Source of the DNA: Kondoa subrosea
Lineage: Eukaryota
DNA: 64,000 nucleotides
Direction: 5' to 3'
Assembly: GCA_039545335.1 (NCBI GenBank)
Contig: BCIN01000006.1
Span: forward strand, 496,001-560,000
Both the position numbers and the translations under genes were made by a program. Each line of letters begins with the position of its first letter. Positions within the stretch are counted from its first letter, which is position 1. Of the stretch, positions 1 through 12,703 are shown in pieces. A model generated the notes under the pieces. That model made no database searches and was not told the origin of the DNA. It worked only from the letters and a program-made list of their open reading frames with translations.

Positions 1-1775
1 AAGCACAGGAAGCCAACCGAATGATTTGACTGGCGCTAATGCAGAAGTGGAAGATCGAACAGCTACTTGGTGCTGATTAGAAGCTTTAGCAGGAAAATCT
101 CGATGTTGCGTCTTGGGTGATTTCTTGAGTGGTTCAGGTTGAACAAAGACTTGAGTTGAGGACTCTTGAGCTGCCAAAGTCTTCTTTGGCGAGGCTTTAG
201 GTGGAGATTTTGGTGGAGAAGGTTTGCTCTGATTCATTGCTACAGGAGGTTGTTGTTGGCCAGAAACTTGACGCATCAATTGCTTGACATGTTCAGGAGT
301 AGCTTGAACGGAACTGACGTCCATGTATTTCTGGAATTGAGGCACACTGACTGATCTATTGATAGCAGCAGGTGGTGTATCAACCAGCGGAGAAGCGAGT
401 TGTCGCGCAGCACGACGGGGAGAAGGTTTCTTCTGGATTTGTTCGGGTTCGGGAACTGATTCGAAATCAGCATCCATTTCAAAATCCGGAGGAGCTGGAG
501 TCTCATCAAAAGCCGGATCATCAAAAATGGAAGATTGGTTGATGAAGGATTCGGTAGCCAGACTCGAACGAGGCTTGCGGACGCTGCTTCGACGATCTGA
601 TCGATCTACTAGAGAAGGCATAGACTTGCTGCTGCTCAAGGTACGAGGTGCTGCAAGTTCAGAGGAAGCCAAAGATGACTGAAGACAATAGTCAGGGGCG
701 ACTCCTGGGCTCCAACAATGGAAAACTAACCTTCCTACGTTTCTTCCTATGACTATCACCGCTATCATCTGCACCCTTCTGGAAAGGATTGTAGTCAGAA
801 AAGCCAGATTCGTTAGCCCCTGCAGGTTCGCTTGAAATATGATCCTGTGCGGCCAAGGTAGTCAACAATGACCGATTATGATTGTCCACTCGTCAACGCA
901 CCTCTTCAATCTTTGGGACAGGAGGAACAATGACAACATGGGGAGCAGGAGCTTTTCCGATAGATTTGCGAGGTCTGACAACAGGAGGTTTAGGAATAAC
1001 TACTGACGGGACTTCTGGATCTTCGTAGAAAGCAGCCTGTACGTCGTGATCATACCCTAGGTCAACAAAGAACACAGTATGTATTGCGACTTACAGGTTT
1101 CTTTGCGCTGGGAGGCGCAGGTGGATCTGAAGAAGGTACTGGTGGTACTGCTGCAGAATTCTTGGGAGGTCTTCCTCTTGGCCTTTTAGCAGGTACGATG
1201 ACAGGCTATCATAATGAGTGTAAGTTACACGTGTTTTCTGAGGTGTCTTTGTTGCATACCTGTACATCCTCCTCTTGTGGCTCTTCGATATCTTCCTCAG
1301 CGCTTTCCGGTTCGATAGCAGCCTTCTGCGGGACAGCTAAGGATCTTCTGCTTCGCGAAGTAGGTAAAGGAGGAGCAATTGATTTCCTAGGTTTCGTAGC
1401 TTTGATTGATGCAAGACTAGTGGTTCTGGTCATTCTCCTTGGTGCATCGAGCATCTCTACATCCTGAGTCTCTTGCTGAGTCTCTTTAGGGTCCTCATCC
1501 ATATCGTTAGACGATTGACTTGAGTTGTTTGAAATGCGTAGAATGCCTCTGTCTGAAGGTGTAACTTTCTTTCTCTCTGCTAAGATAGCACTGGCTCTAG
1601 GCGTGACTTTAGCCTTGAACAGCTTGACCAATTCCGGTTTCTTGGCTGAAGTATGGAATTCGCCAGTGTATTCCAACAAAAGGGACCTTAGTTGCGGAAC
1701 CTTGAGTGACTCCGGTGCGAAGCCTGGCTGGAGGTGAGCATCTTCTGGCGCTACTGTCACAGTCTCGCGAGCCAT
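1..1775 (-). CDS. HeH/LEM-like domain protein (Src1/Heh1/Man1-like inner nuclear membrane protein), multi-exon, runs off the left edge
   Basis: N-terminus HLQPGFAPESLKVPQLRSLLLEYTGEFHTSAKKPELVKLF matches the fungal HeH fold. It is followed by low-complexity exons containing PRGRP and KKRRK. The C-terminal TM/MSC region is not visible. Confidence 0.7.
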
Positions 1776-1923
1776 TGTGGGAGAATTCCAAGATGTTAAT
1801 TTGGTGGATCAAAACAAACCGGAAATCGAAAAAGCAAAGGTGCATAACACGGAGGCGTAGACGCAAGATACGTAATGAAGGACATGCAAGTGGAGAAGTT
1901 ATTTACAAAGCAGTCTATGATGA

Positions 1924-3679
1924 TCACTTTCTACAGATCTTGTCGATTCGATCGAGCTCAGCGCGAACCTCTTCTATGTCTCTTGATTTGACAGATCCAG
2001 ATCGCATAACTACAAGCTCGACCGCAAGTTTGCCTGGGAAATAGATATCTTTTAGACGATCTGTAGCGTTGCGAGACTTGTTCCATTCAGTGAGATTCGT
2101 AACATGCTTTTCATGAGCATTCTTGATCCTTTTTGCACAGGAAATTCGAGCCTTTAAGTTATTGTCCAAGTCATGCCCGACTGTATTGGGTGTCTGAAAC
2201 CAGAACATTCAACATCAGGTGATCACGCAATAGAAAGCCGATTCACCTTAACCTCGTGCTTGATCGTCCCATCTAACCACAGCCATTCCATACAGTCTCT
2301 GTTGTAATTGTAAATATCTGCCTACAATAAGGCATTCGTCAGAGCAGCTTAGCAGCAATTGAGCTCGCTTAATTGACCTTGATCGAGGATATGATCAATT
2401 CCATCTGTCTCCATGTATATTGATTTTCCGCCGTGCAATGGGCTGTATGCTCGACAGCAACAACATATTTGTGAAGGTCGCCTCGAGTAGAAAGCTGCCC
2501 AAAGGGATGATTAGCAAAATCTTTTGCTTGTTGCTTTGCTTGTAATCACCTGATTGTGTATGCGCTCAAGTAGCATTTGCTCTCTTTCCTTTGACGCGCC
2601 TGTTCTCGCCTTGCGCTCTTCATATTGTTCCACCAGTGCCTGTAGAGTGTCATCTTCCGACACGGTAGCTTCATCTATTCTGTCGACACCGTTGGTGATC
2701 GGCGGTCTTATAAATCTAGATAAGTCAGATTTGTAGTCGCCCAGGCGATCCAGTCTGGTCCTTAATTCGTCGCAAAAGCCAATGTCTTCAAAATATTCTT
2801 CGCGGGATGGGCGTGAATCGTTCCACATCTTGAGGTATAAAACATGCTGGTCGTGCAATAACGAGATTGAGTCCGCGACAGCATTCTTCTTCTTGACATT
2901 AGCGTAGAATCTATCGTCGCGCTTCTACAAATAAATGGCAGATAAATTGAGTCCTGAATCTAGTTGGAACAGCGGTACGAAAGAACGCTTACGCTTGTCA
3001 TCTTGACTTTTGCATCCAGGTCTGCCCATTGGATACAGATATTGTTGTAATACACAATCGCCGTCTGCATATTCTGTAAGTTCCGCGAGATCCTTCGAGA
3101 TTGCTAGCAAACCTTAGCTCTTTCCAATTGCCTCTGGATTGCAGTCGCATCGACTATTGGTCTTTGCAGATCTATTCTGCGCTCAATATGAGGCGAAGTA
3201 GGTGCGACATTAAGGAGTGTAGGTGCATTCGAGCTATAATCTTCCACAGCCCGGGCCCGCTGTGAAGAGTACTGAGATGATGGTTGAGCGGGCCTGCGCG
3301 ACTGAGCGTTTGATGGAGAGACCGGCTGGCGAGATCGAAGAGCTTGGACAGACGATGAAGGAACAAAGGAATGAGAAGGTGTAGAGGGAGAGATTGGGCC
3401 TCGTTGAGTAGGAGTATGAGGGGAGCGGACGTTACTGGTCAACTTTGGCTGTTCATTTGAAAGGGCCTTAAAGACAGAATGAGGGGCTGGCGTATTCGCA
3501 ACAGAGTGACTAGCTGGCAAAGTGGGAGGAATAGACGTATGAGCAACAGAGTTGGCAGGCCTTAGCGTCATTCGAGCTAACGCATTAGCAAGACTAGTAG
3601 GAGTGTTGATCTGGGTTGCGTTGGGACCCCTAATATTGCCACGAGAATCTGTAGCATTACCATGAGCATCTATAGGCAT
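1924..3679 (-). CDS. Hypothetical protein with Ser/Pro-rich N-terminus, multi-exon
   Basis: ORFs 3104-3778, 2925-3110, 2511-2858 and 1924-2208 can be joined by short GT-AG introns. No family recognised; start approximate. Confidence 0.55.
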
Positions 3680-4106
3680 AATACTATTGGAATATGGCGA
3701 AAGAAGAAGCAAGTATTGCGGCAAACGTCGTCGTATAAGAAGGAGGTGACGAAAACTATTCTGATATAGACAATCCACAGCCTCAATGAGGCGAAGAAAC
3801 AGAGCCCTATTGATGGAGCTGGAGCGTCCCCGAAAGCTGCCGTGTAGAGCTCGTTGTTCGTGATCGTGGCTGACGAAGAGACCAGTAATCAGAGAAGAGT
3901 CTTAAGTTTATTCAGTCAAAGGGAACAGAAAAGAGGAACTAGAGGCTTATGTGAGTACTTCAATGCAATAATACTGCTACGATCTGTCAGCATTAGATAA
4001 CCAGAATACTAAAACGAAAAGAACTTGCTAAACCAAATAATCGTCCTTTGGTCAATCTCACAGCCTCTTGGCGACTTCCAAGCGACCTTTGAGCTATAGC
4101 AAGCCA

Positions 4107-4693
4107 TTACTGCTTCTTGATATCTCGGTTTTTGCCAAGCAAGGCAGGATTGATATACAGAACATAGATTCTGTTCTTCTGTCAGGTCAGTACAGAAGTT
4201 TTCGAAAGCAGCTCACCTCCACAGCAAAGGAGGTGCTAGAGCCATGATAGTTGCCAAAGCGACCTTGACACTCAACGCGGCTTCCCTACTTCCACCTTCG
4301 TAAATGATCAACCTTCGTCTTCATGACATGCTGGAAGAGCCTACCTTTCATCATCTCATTGATCAAGATCGGTATCAAGAGTACTTCTCCCCATCCCAGT
4401 ATCAGATAGGCTGTTCTTCGACTCTCGATTGCGCCCCGAGTTGAGGGAAGACAAGCAAAGCAAGCAGTGCTAAGGCCAGCGACAACTACAGAACCGAAGA
4501 AACGAGTGAAGAAGATAGAGGCAGGGTTGATATGAGCAGGGTTATTGAGGACCAGACGCAAGATCGTGGAAGTATGCGTTATTAGTGGAAAGCTCAGCAG
4601 ATTGAGTATTGCTTCGATAAAGAAGGCTTTGCGGATCAGAGAGTCGCCTTGAATCTCGACAGCTTGGCTCGTGTTGGGCGAGACGAATGACAT
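4107..4693 (-). CDS. Small multi-pass membrane protein, hypothetical (3 exons)
   Basis: Hydrophobic segments (AFFIEAILNLLSFPLI, FFGSVVVAGLS, AYLILGWGEVLLIPIL). Downstream exons end ...YINPALLGKNRDIKKQ*. Confidence 0.65.
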
Positions 4694-4828
4694 GCTTGTA
4701 TGAAGAAAACCGTCATCAACTTGATTTCACAAAGTGCGACTCCGAGACCATATTATGTAATGCAATGCTAATGCCAATGTACAAAGCTATCCACACATCT
4801 ACGTACTGTCCATTCTCAGAATAAGTCT

Positions 4829-6485
4829 TCAATGAGACCACACGGATCCTGCTTTGTTATCCATAGATTTGCTGAAGGTCGATGCAATAGGTGTATAACC
4901 GCTTGATAGACTGGCCCATTGTGAAGTAGTAGGCGTAGCAAGAATCTGATCATCTCTCTTAGTTGCTACGTTTCCGAATCAGTCTTGATCTGCTATGTGA
5001 GGAAAAGAAGCTTACGAGTAAAATTGTTCAACCCATTCAATTCTTGTAAGAACTCCCTAGTACCAGGCGTAACTACTTGTTCTCTAGCAGGAGTCAGAGG
5101 TACATTGTCTCCTTCCGTGATGAGTTCGAAATCATGTATACCAGAAGTAGTCAAGCTCGAAAGACCTGGTCTGTAGTCAGACGAAGAGAACTCGAAAGAA
5201 GAAGAAGCGAGAGGTTTAGGATGTTGCAGAGGAGGTAGAGTGTAGTCCTCAAGTTGTTCGTAAGCTTGATCATGCTGGTATGTTTGAAGAGGAGGCAAAG
5301 TGTATTCGTTGGGATGCTCGTATGCTTGATGGTGCTCATTTGTGTCAGTGGCGCGAGAGGTATTCTCATCTGGAGAATGACGTAGAGGAGGCAGATGCTT
5401 CAATGAGACCACAGGCGGACCATAGTTGGAGTGTCCGGCAGGCAGAATTGGAAATGAATGAGAACGAGGAGTGTCGAAGCTGTAAGGAAGAGCTGTATTT
5501 GAGTTTGTCGATGGCCAATGATTGCTGTTGAAGTCAGCTGCTGAATCTATCAATCGGGTCGCTGTATCAATATAGTAGAAGAAAACCTCACGTTGAGTGT
5601 AAGCGCGAGAATGCGGTCTGGAGGGTGCTTCTAGCTGCAGCAAAGCTTCACTCAATGAGTCCACTGTCATAAAATCTCAGCTTACTGCACTCTTCGCGAA
5701 CATAGGACTCACTGTACGAAGGCTGTCTACTAGTTGTAGCTGTATCTGGAAAGTAGAATTCTTGCTGCTGATACTGTGGTCGAGCGTAAGGGCTGCTATG
5801 ATAGCCAACAAAGCTACCACGGTGAGTAGATGAATTTTGCTGTCTTTGTTGACCGTATGCAGGACTGATAGATCTGTCGCTGAACGAACTGTGGGAAGAG
5901 AGACTTTGGATCGAATCGCTTCTATCTCTTCGGTGAGGACCATGAGAGGATGGCGTGTTTCTACATAGGTACAATCAGAGGAGCTTCTTGCGTTCAGAGA
6001 CTGTACTGACCCATAATCAACGTCATCAATCAAAGTAGGAATACCTTTCATCCAAGTACATTCCTCTCCTCGACTTTGATGCACTATCAGCAAAGCCTTC
6101 CTTCGCTCAAGTATATGTAAGCTCACTCTCTACAATTCTTGCAATACTACATAGAGTGAATCAGCTTACCACCAACAGATTTGATAAAGGTCGACATACC
6201 GATTGCCTATCGCATTTGACTTTCCGTTTCCGGCATTGATCACAAGAATATCTGAGCAAGAGCTTAAGCTTCAATGAAATTTAAGAACAAAGGGGGAAAA
6301 CATTACGTTTTTCTGTTTCTCCTCCGTTTTGGTTTCGGAGCTCCTGCAGCAGCGGTGTTAGGGTTAGACGAATTGCAGCTATCTGGAGAAGAGGTTGTAG
6401 ATGAGGAGGAAGTTGGAATATTCGGATGAGAAGTGGACGAAGAAGATGTCATCGGGAGTTTGGAGTAAGACGTTTGCTGAGTCAT
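4829..6485 (-). CDS. Zn(II)2Cys6 fungal transcription factor
   Basis: Spliced small exons give KRRRNRK-YSCDQCRKRKVKCDRQS-YCKNCRE-RGEECTW, the six-Cys binuclear cluster. The motif is invisible in the ORF track because introns split it. The C-terminus is S/Q/P-rich. Confidence 0.8.
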
Positions 6486-7423
6486 TACTGTTTGATTACT
6501 GTACATACTGGTCAGCTAGAGAAACGATTGAGAGTAGAAGAGCTCACATCGTTTGGGTAATTAGCACCGCAAGTAGATTAAGCTTGATAGATTGACAGAG
6601 CGATACGGGAATCCGAACAGGCGATGACAGCAATAAAGATTGATTGTTTGCGCCCTTGCTGAGTGCTCGAGCTGTGCTTGATGTAAGTTGTGGGAGTCTT
6701 ATGGTATTAGGTCCGTTGCAGGCGGATTAAGCGAAGAGATTCGATTAGATGTAACGATGTTGAGTAAGATAACGATTGATTACTTCTGATCCTTGACAGT
6801 CGTAAGACCCAATGAGTAGCAAAGACGGGTCTGCTGATGAGCGGAACTGGACAAGAACGGATCCATAAAAAGAGAGCGCAACTTCGTCAATCCATAAACG
6901 CTAGCGTTGGAACTACATAGGGAAAAACGAAGCTCTCAACGGACGAGAAGGTTGCATCGAAGGACTTTGAAACGGATGTAATCTCAGCCGAGTGACGACT
7001 AATGCTCTCTACAATGACTGTAGCTGGCCTGGGGTTTACGAAAAGAACGAGAGACAAAGTTGAAAGCAGAGTCAGAAGCGGTTTTGACGAATTCAAAGCA
7101 ATTCGTGCGCCTCTTCGCAGAAGAAATTTCAATAGCATCCGGAGCTTTGCGAGAGCAGCGAGAGACAGAGAGATAGAACAATAAGACGAAAACAAGAAAG
7201 ACGGACTCCGGCTGTGCAGATTTAGGCATTCCAGTGGCTACTACTGCACTATGAATCCCTGTACATCGATAAGACACATCAGCATGCATAGCTGAGACCC
7301 ATCAGGAGCCTAATTTGAGAACTTTGGCTGCTTTAGGAAACTGACGTCCAGCCTGTTTTTCGGAATTCTGGACCCTTTGGTTGGTTCGCAACGGTTTACT
7401 TCCAGCTCACAACAGCCTACAAA

Positions 7424-8868
7424 AATGGTCGTACTAGCAGTAGAAGCCTCGACTCCTTTCGCTCTCAAGCTCAAAGGTAGCTGCCTGCATACCAGGCTCA
7501 GCCGCGATAGATTGCTGATTTGGGCAATTCATCAGACTCGGACAATCTTCCCAGTGTCAGATCACGTATAGCAAAGAAGTTACACTTGGAAGGCCCTGCT
7601 GCAGATGAATTCGAAATCCGTTATGACTGGGTTGGCGTATGTGCTCTGCTCTTTTGATTTGCAATTAGGTGCTTACTTCATTGTATTGCAGGTCTTCTAT
7701 GCTCTAGAAGATGGTGAGTGGTTGCGCTGGGCATGTATCAGACTATACTGATGTTTTGGCTGCCCCATCACAGACGATGATTGGGAGACTTTCCAAGAAC
7801 GAGTGCAAAACACCAATGCGAAAGAGATTAGGGTCAACGTCTCTGGCGAATCTATGCCTCAGCGAGACCATGAGATTCCACATGGTCGTCGTCCGCTGAA
7901 CACCTCAAATGGGCTAGATAACCAGTCTTTATACTCCACTAACACTACCAAGACTACTACCAATCCGTCAGTTCCTTTGTGTCAATCTTCTACTGAAGTA
8001 GATTGCTGAGGAACATGACAGATATTCTTTTGGAAAATACGCAACCCCAGGCAAAGCACATTCAATCCACCATATCGCTTCATCCGAACACGACGGTACT
8101 TCCAACAAGCTTCGTTCCGATGGTGCATCCACTTTCACTAAATCAAGCAAGAAGTCAGGCTACGCCAAATCTACTACTGGAACAATTCAAACCGATTTCA
8201 GCATGCATAGCAAAGCGTTCGATGATTTCCAGAACTCGAGAGGTGTCAAGACCTTCATTGGCTCTATTGGCCCAATCGATAATGTTCGCATGATGGTCAG
8301 TTCGCTGTCATGTGCTTATAAACTTTGGTCTTGAATCATGATTGCAAAATTAACAGATGAAGAACGGTCATAGAGCCTGCTACATGTCTAGAGAATTCGC
8401 TCAAGAGCACAACTTTATCCCTAAAGATGCTGCACCAGGCTTCTATGGTTTCTCAGGGTTTGTCATGACGCATAATTGCTGCTTGCGGCTTACTCATTGC
8501 ACATTTCCTGCTTCATAGAATTACTAACCTCGGAACCTGGCCTATCAAAGTCGGAGAGAAGACTGTGGAACAGGCTGTCATGTTGGTCGAGAAAGCTCTG
8601 TTCAGTGTTGTTCTCGGGAGGTACGCTTCAATCCCAATCTTCGCAAAAAGTCAAGTAATTGACAATGCAATCAGATCTTTCATGGAGAAACGAGGTGTAC
8701 GAACAGACCCTCTGGACCCTACCTTTGTCACCTTCATGGATACAGGCGAACAGTACGGTCTAGCGCAACTACAAAGAAACCCCACTCATGTTCATTTTGC
8801 TTCACAGTATCCCTGTTGATCTGGTCGTCGTTCGCGACATCAACGGCAAAGCTATTCCTATCTCATAG
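7424..8868 (+). CDS. Hypothetical protein with an acidic PB1-like N-terminus and a C-terminal retropepsin-like domain lacking the catalytic Asp
   Basis: Spliced product includes YALEDDDDWETF, SRGVKTFIGSIGPIDNVRMM, KNGHRACYMSREFAQEHNFIP and FSVVLGRSFMEKRGV. Confidence 0.6.
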
Positions 8869-9110
8869 CTTTCAACCGTTCGCTGTCCACGGACAATGAG
8901 ATAGGTAGAATGGCGTGGCGTATATAGAATATAATTGAAAGGGAAGAGTTCAGCCTGGATGTTATCTTATATACTCTTTTTAGCCTTATCGCATACGTAT
9001 ATGAACAATGTAGTAATGCAAAGAAAAGTACAGTTTACATAAGAATCGTCCCTACGTGACATATACAGTTGTTACAATATATACAACTTCCCCTTCTATG
9101 CTGGTGCCGA

Positions 9111-11787
9111 CTACGAAGCAACACAGCAATCAAGCAATTTGGAACCCTGCATCATCTGATTAGCTAGATACTTGGATAGGTTTAAGAGAACAAACCATAT
9201 TCTGCCAGCTTGAAGTACTTTGTCCGCTGATCTCTGCCCAAGGTATGGCTCCTCCTTCTCGTTGTACAGTAATCCATTCTTTCCGTGATTTCTCACCCTT
9301 CTCCGGTTGCGAATAATACCAGTATAGAATCTGATCTTTGACTTCATAATACCCCGAAGAAAGCTGTACATCGATAGCTAGATCTGATGAAATAGTAGAG
9401 GAGGAAGAAGATAGTAGAAGGGTCGATGTGGCGGAGTCGGAAACATGATCAGCCACAGCAGTACAAATAGAAGAAGGATTGCTGGCGTAATGTACAAGAG
9501 GAATGTAAATTTCCGTTGGCAGAGATGCATCATTGACTTCCATTGGCGATACGAGGAGATCAAGTCGGAAAACAGAAGTATGCAAGTCGAAAGAGATGTA
9601 CATAGGTTTGCCAACCATTGCTCTAGGATAGGGTCGACAGAAAGCTGGAAGAGCTCTGGCGCCATTATTTAGATCTGACTGAGTGAAAGAAACGGCATCT
9701 TTCAGGTTTACAAGGTGCCGAGAAGGTGAGAAAGGCGAAGCGGGTTGCATTTCAAAGGAGGGCTTCTTGCCTTGCTCCCGGTCATCTTTACTCCATACTG
9801 ATAGATCTTCGCCATTCCATAGATCACCTTCGGCATGGGTATTGTCAGGGCAGTAAGTCCAGAGCGAAACGTTCATAGCATTCGGACCATCACATGCATT
9901 CAAACTTGCATCCAAAGCTCGAATTTGACTACTATAATCGCCTGTTTCGTAGGCTTTCCTCTTGTCCAGATCGAAAGGGATGCCAATTTCGCTCATCATG
10001 ACTGGATAATTGCCTAAAGAAGTTAGTCCATCTTGACGTAAAACGCCGAGCTGATCTTGAAGACACTTTCTAATTGCTTTCTCTCCTACTTTGACTGCTT
10101 GCCACTTGTAACTGTATTTGCCCCGAAGAAATCCAAGAGCATCGAAATTGAAGAAATTCTGCTCTAGAGTTAGTATTGTATGCTTACTGGCCAAACGAGA
10201 CATACCCAATGCCTATACATAAAAATCAGAACACTTCGATGAATTATCTGTCTAAGCTTACTTGGTGACCAAAGTCACTCCGTCATAGAAGTGCGTGCTG
10301 AAAACGGCTCGACCTCTAATAATGCCTTTTGATGTTGAAATGATATCTGGAGGTACTTGAAATACCGGCGGATGTACGAAGAGAATAGCTTCTGGATGAA
10401 AAGAGCGTACGACTTTCGCATAGTTCTGCCAATGCGGCAACCAACCATCTCGGCCAAAATCGACCGCATCTCCTGACCCAGAGCCAGAATGTTTGTGCTC
10501 AAAGTAGCTAGGTTGGAGCAGCTGTTTCGTCTCGGGATCCCACACTCCGTGCAAAGCCCAGATGCAAACACCTAGTTTCCAGCTTGTGCTTCTCTTCCAG
10601 CCCCATCTTTTGCATCGTCCGTCAGAATCTCTGGTTTCTGCTTCAGGTAATAACCAAGCTTTGATCCCTCTCGGGTCTATTTCCACGTTACCAGCTCGTG
10701 TCGGTCCAGTGGAGCTAAAACGCCAATTCTCAATTGACATCTTTTCACCCATGCCTAATCTCATCGCTTCGAAAGGCGTAGGCATGAATCCAACTTTGAG
10801 CTGCTCATCTTTGGAATGCAGAGCCAAGTCTTCAATGCCCAAAAGACCAGCATTTGGTTCATTGAAAGAATCCCATCCGATTACACATGATTCCAGCAAA
10901 CTCCCGTTGTCATAAGAGGCTATCGCTTGACCTAAAGCTCGAACTGCGTTGAAGTAATGCTGTTGTAGCCAATCTTGAATATTGATTCCGTCAATGATGC
11001 AAAGAGGAGCAAATTCTTTGCCAGCGAAGAACAAGGTGAAGAGCGTTTGACAGGCGAGACGAGTATAGTTGGACGCCCAGATCATATCGGGAAAGCTTTC
11101 AGGTGAAGGAGAGCGAGGGTTTGGGTATTCACACTGGATGACAGCGGCGCCTGTTTCGGTAAAGCACTCTGGATTCATGCCACAAGCTAGAATGGTCCAG
11201 TATGGTGCTCCTGATCCTCCGGCAAAACGCGAGAACTGTTGAGCATCACTTCGGTGCCTAGTATATACTGCAGCAGAACTCACAAGATCCTGATGTGGAT
11301 CCATGTAAACGCGAAAACCATAGTCTTTGCACTTCTGGAGCATGCGCAGAGTATACTGAATATACCGGTCATCATACTTGCCTCTGCAGAAGCGTTTCGA
11401 ATGAGCTTCATGCAATGCTTTTGCCCTGTGAGCATAGGACACTGCTTACGGTCCTTCATGTTCGATAGATTCCCATGTGAAGACGTAACGCAAAGTAGTA
11501 TAGCCCCATTGGCGAAGTCTAGCAAGATGTGTGTCCGCTCCCCCAGACTCGAGATCCAGCACACGATTGACGAAGGACAGCTTGCCATTCTTCGCTGATT
11601 CCCAGAATCCCTCTAGCTTCGCACCAGGCTGACCTACAGGTGTCTTGGCCGAGCTGCAGAAGTTGATGCCCCGAAGCAATAATGTTCGACCACTTGTCTC
11701 ACTGAAATGACCAGTCTCGCTCGAAGCATGGATATACCATGCAGGGATATCAGCACCAGTCACTGGGCTCGTGTCAGTGAGACACAT
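9111..11787 (-). CDS. Glycoside hydrolase family 5, endoglycoceramidase-related (EGCrP / steryl-beta-glucosidase type)
   Basis: Motifs GRTLLLRGIN, TWESIEHEGPG, MDPHQD, GGSGAP, NEP (acid/base), THFYDG, SEIGIPFD (nucleophile), GDLWNGEDLS, GARALPAFCRPYP. Confidence 0.9.
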
Positions 11788-12703
11788 GTCGAAGCCAGCT
11801 CGGAGCTTGGCTGCTCAAGGTCGAAGCATATCGAATTGCTTGCATGCGAAAGAGCACTCCCCTTTCTGTTGCTTGTCTGTGCTGTTGAGTTATTGCGTCT
11901 GCCCGTGCAAGGTGTTGTATGTCAGGCTTGCGAGTCGTATTTATGCAGGAGTGTACGCACTGACGCATCCAAAAAACGCAATGGGATCTATTCAACAATA
12001 CAGACTAGGAACATCGCCTTATGGATCTGTCTGCTGTTCTATCTCTTGTCTCCTTCTCGTGGCTCGATTGAGCTGAAACCCGCTCGTTAACGTTTCCCTC
12101 GAATGGCCAGCCTCGCATTGCGTTCGAGGAAAGTCAAGTTGCTGCGATGGCTTCGAGAGCAACTCTTCTGAAGTCTGTCCGAAGCTCCTATGCTGTGAAG
12201 CCTCAAGAAGAATCGTAACCGGTATTTTCAATAAAAGCGTCTTTCACTTTATCAACCACTGCACTGCGCTACGCGGATGCTCGCTCGCAGTGCGATTCTG
12301 TCTCAAGATATGCAGTACTGTCACGCGTTTGACCTGCAAGACATTTCCATCTAAATTGGAGTCCGCCTTACTTCCGCGCAATTAAAAGCCAAAATAATTA
12401 AAACGCTCTCATTCCGATCGCAAACAAAGGGACTTTCCAACGACTTTCCTGATTAAGCGAGGCATGTACCCAATCCTCATGAATCTCAGGGCACATACCA
12501 GAGTTTAGTTTACCGGACAGGCACATCAGAGCCCTAAAAGGCTGCTCTTCTCCCCCCTTCTCTTTCCTCTTCTTCCTTCATACCTACTTTACCTCTTTTC
12601 AAAGTTCTTCTCTCGCTTCTCACAAGACATCTCTCAGCTCACTTTCCCGCACTCTTTGATTGTCAAGCAGAAGACCTCTTTACGTTCCAGCACTCCCCTC
12701 AAG

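Noticed and set aside
3860..3935. Hammerhead-like core (ctgacga...gaaa)
   Set aside because: No supporting stems could be formed.
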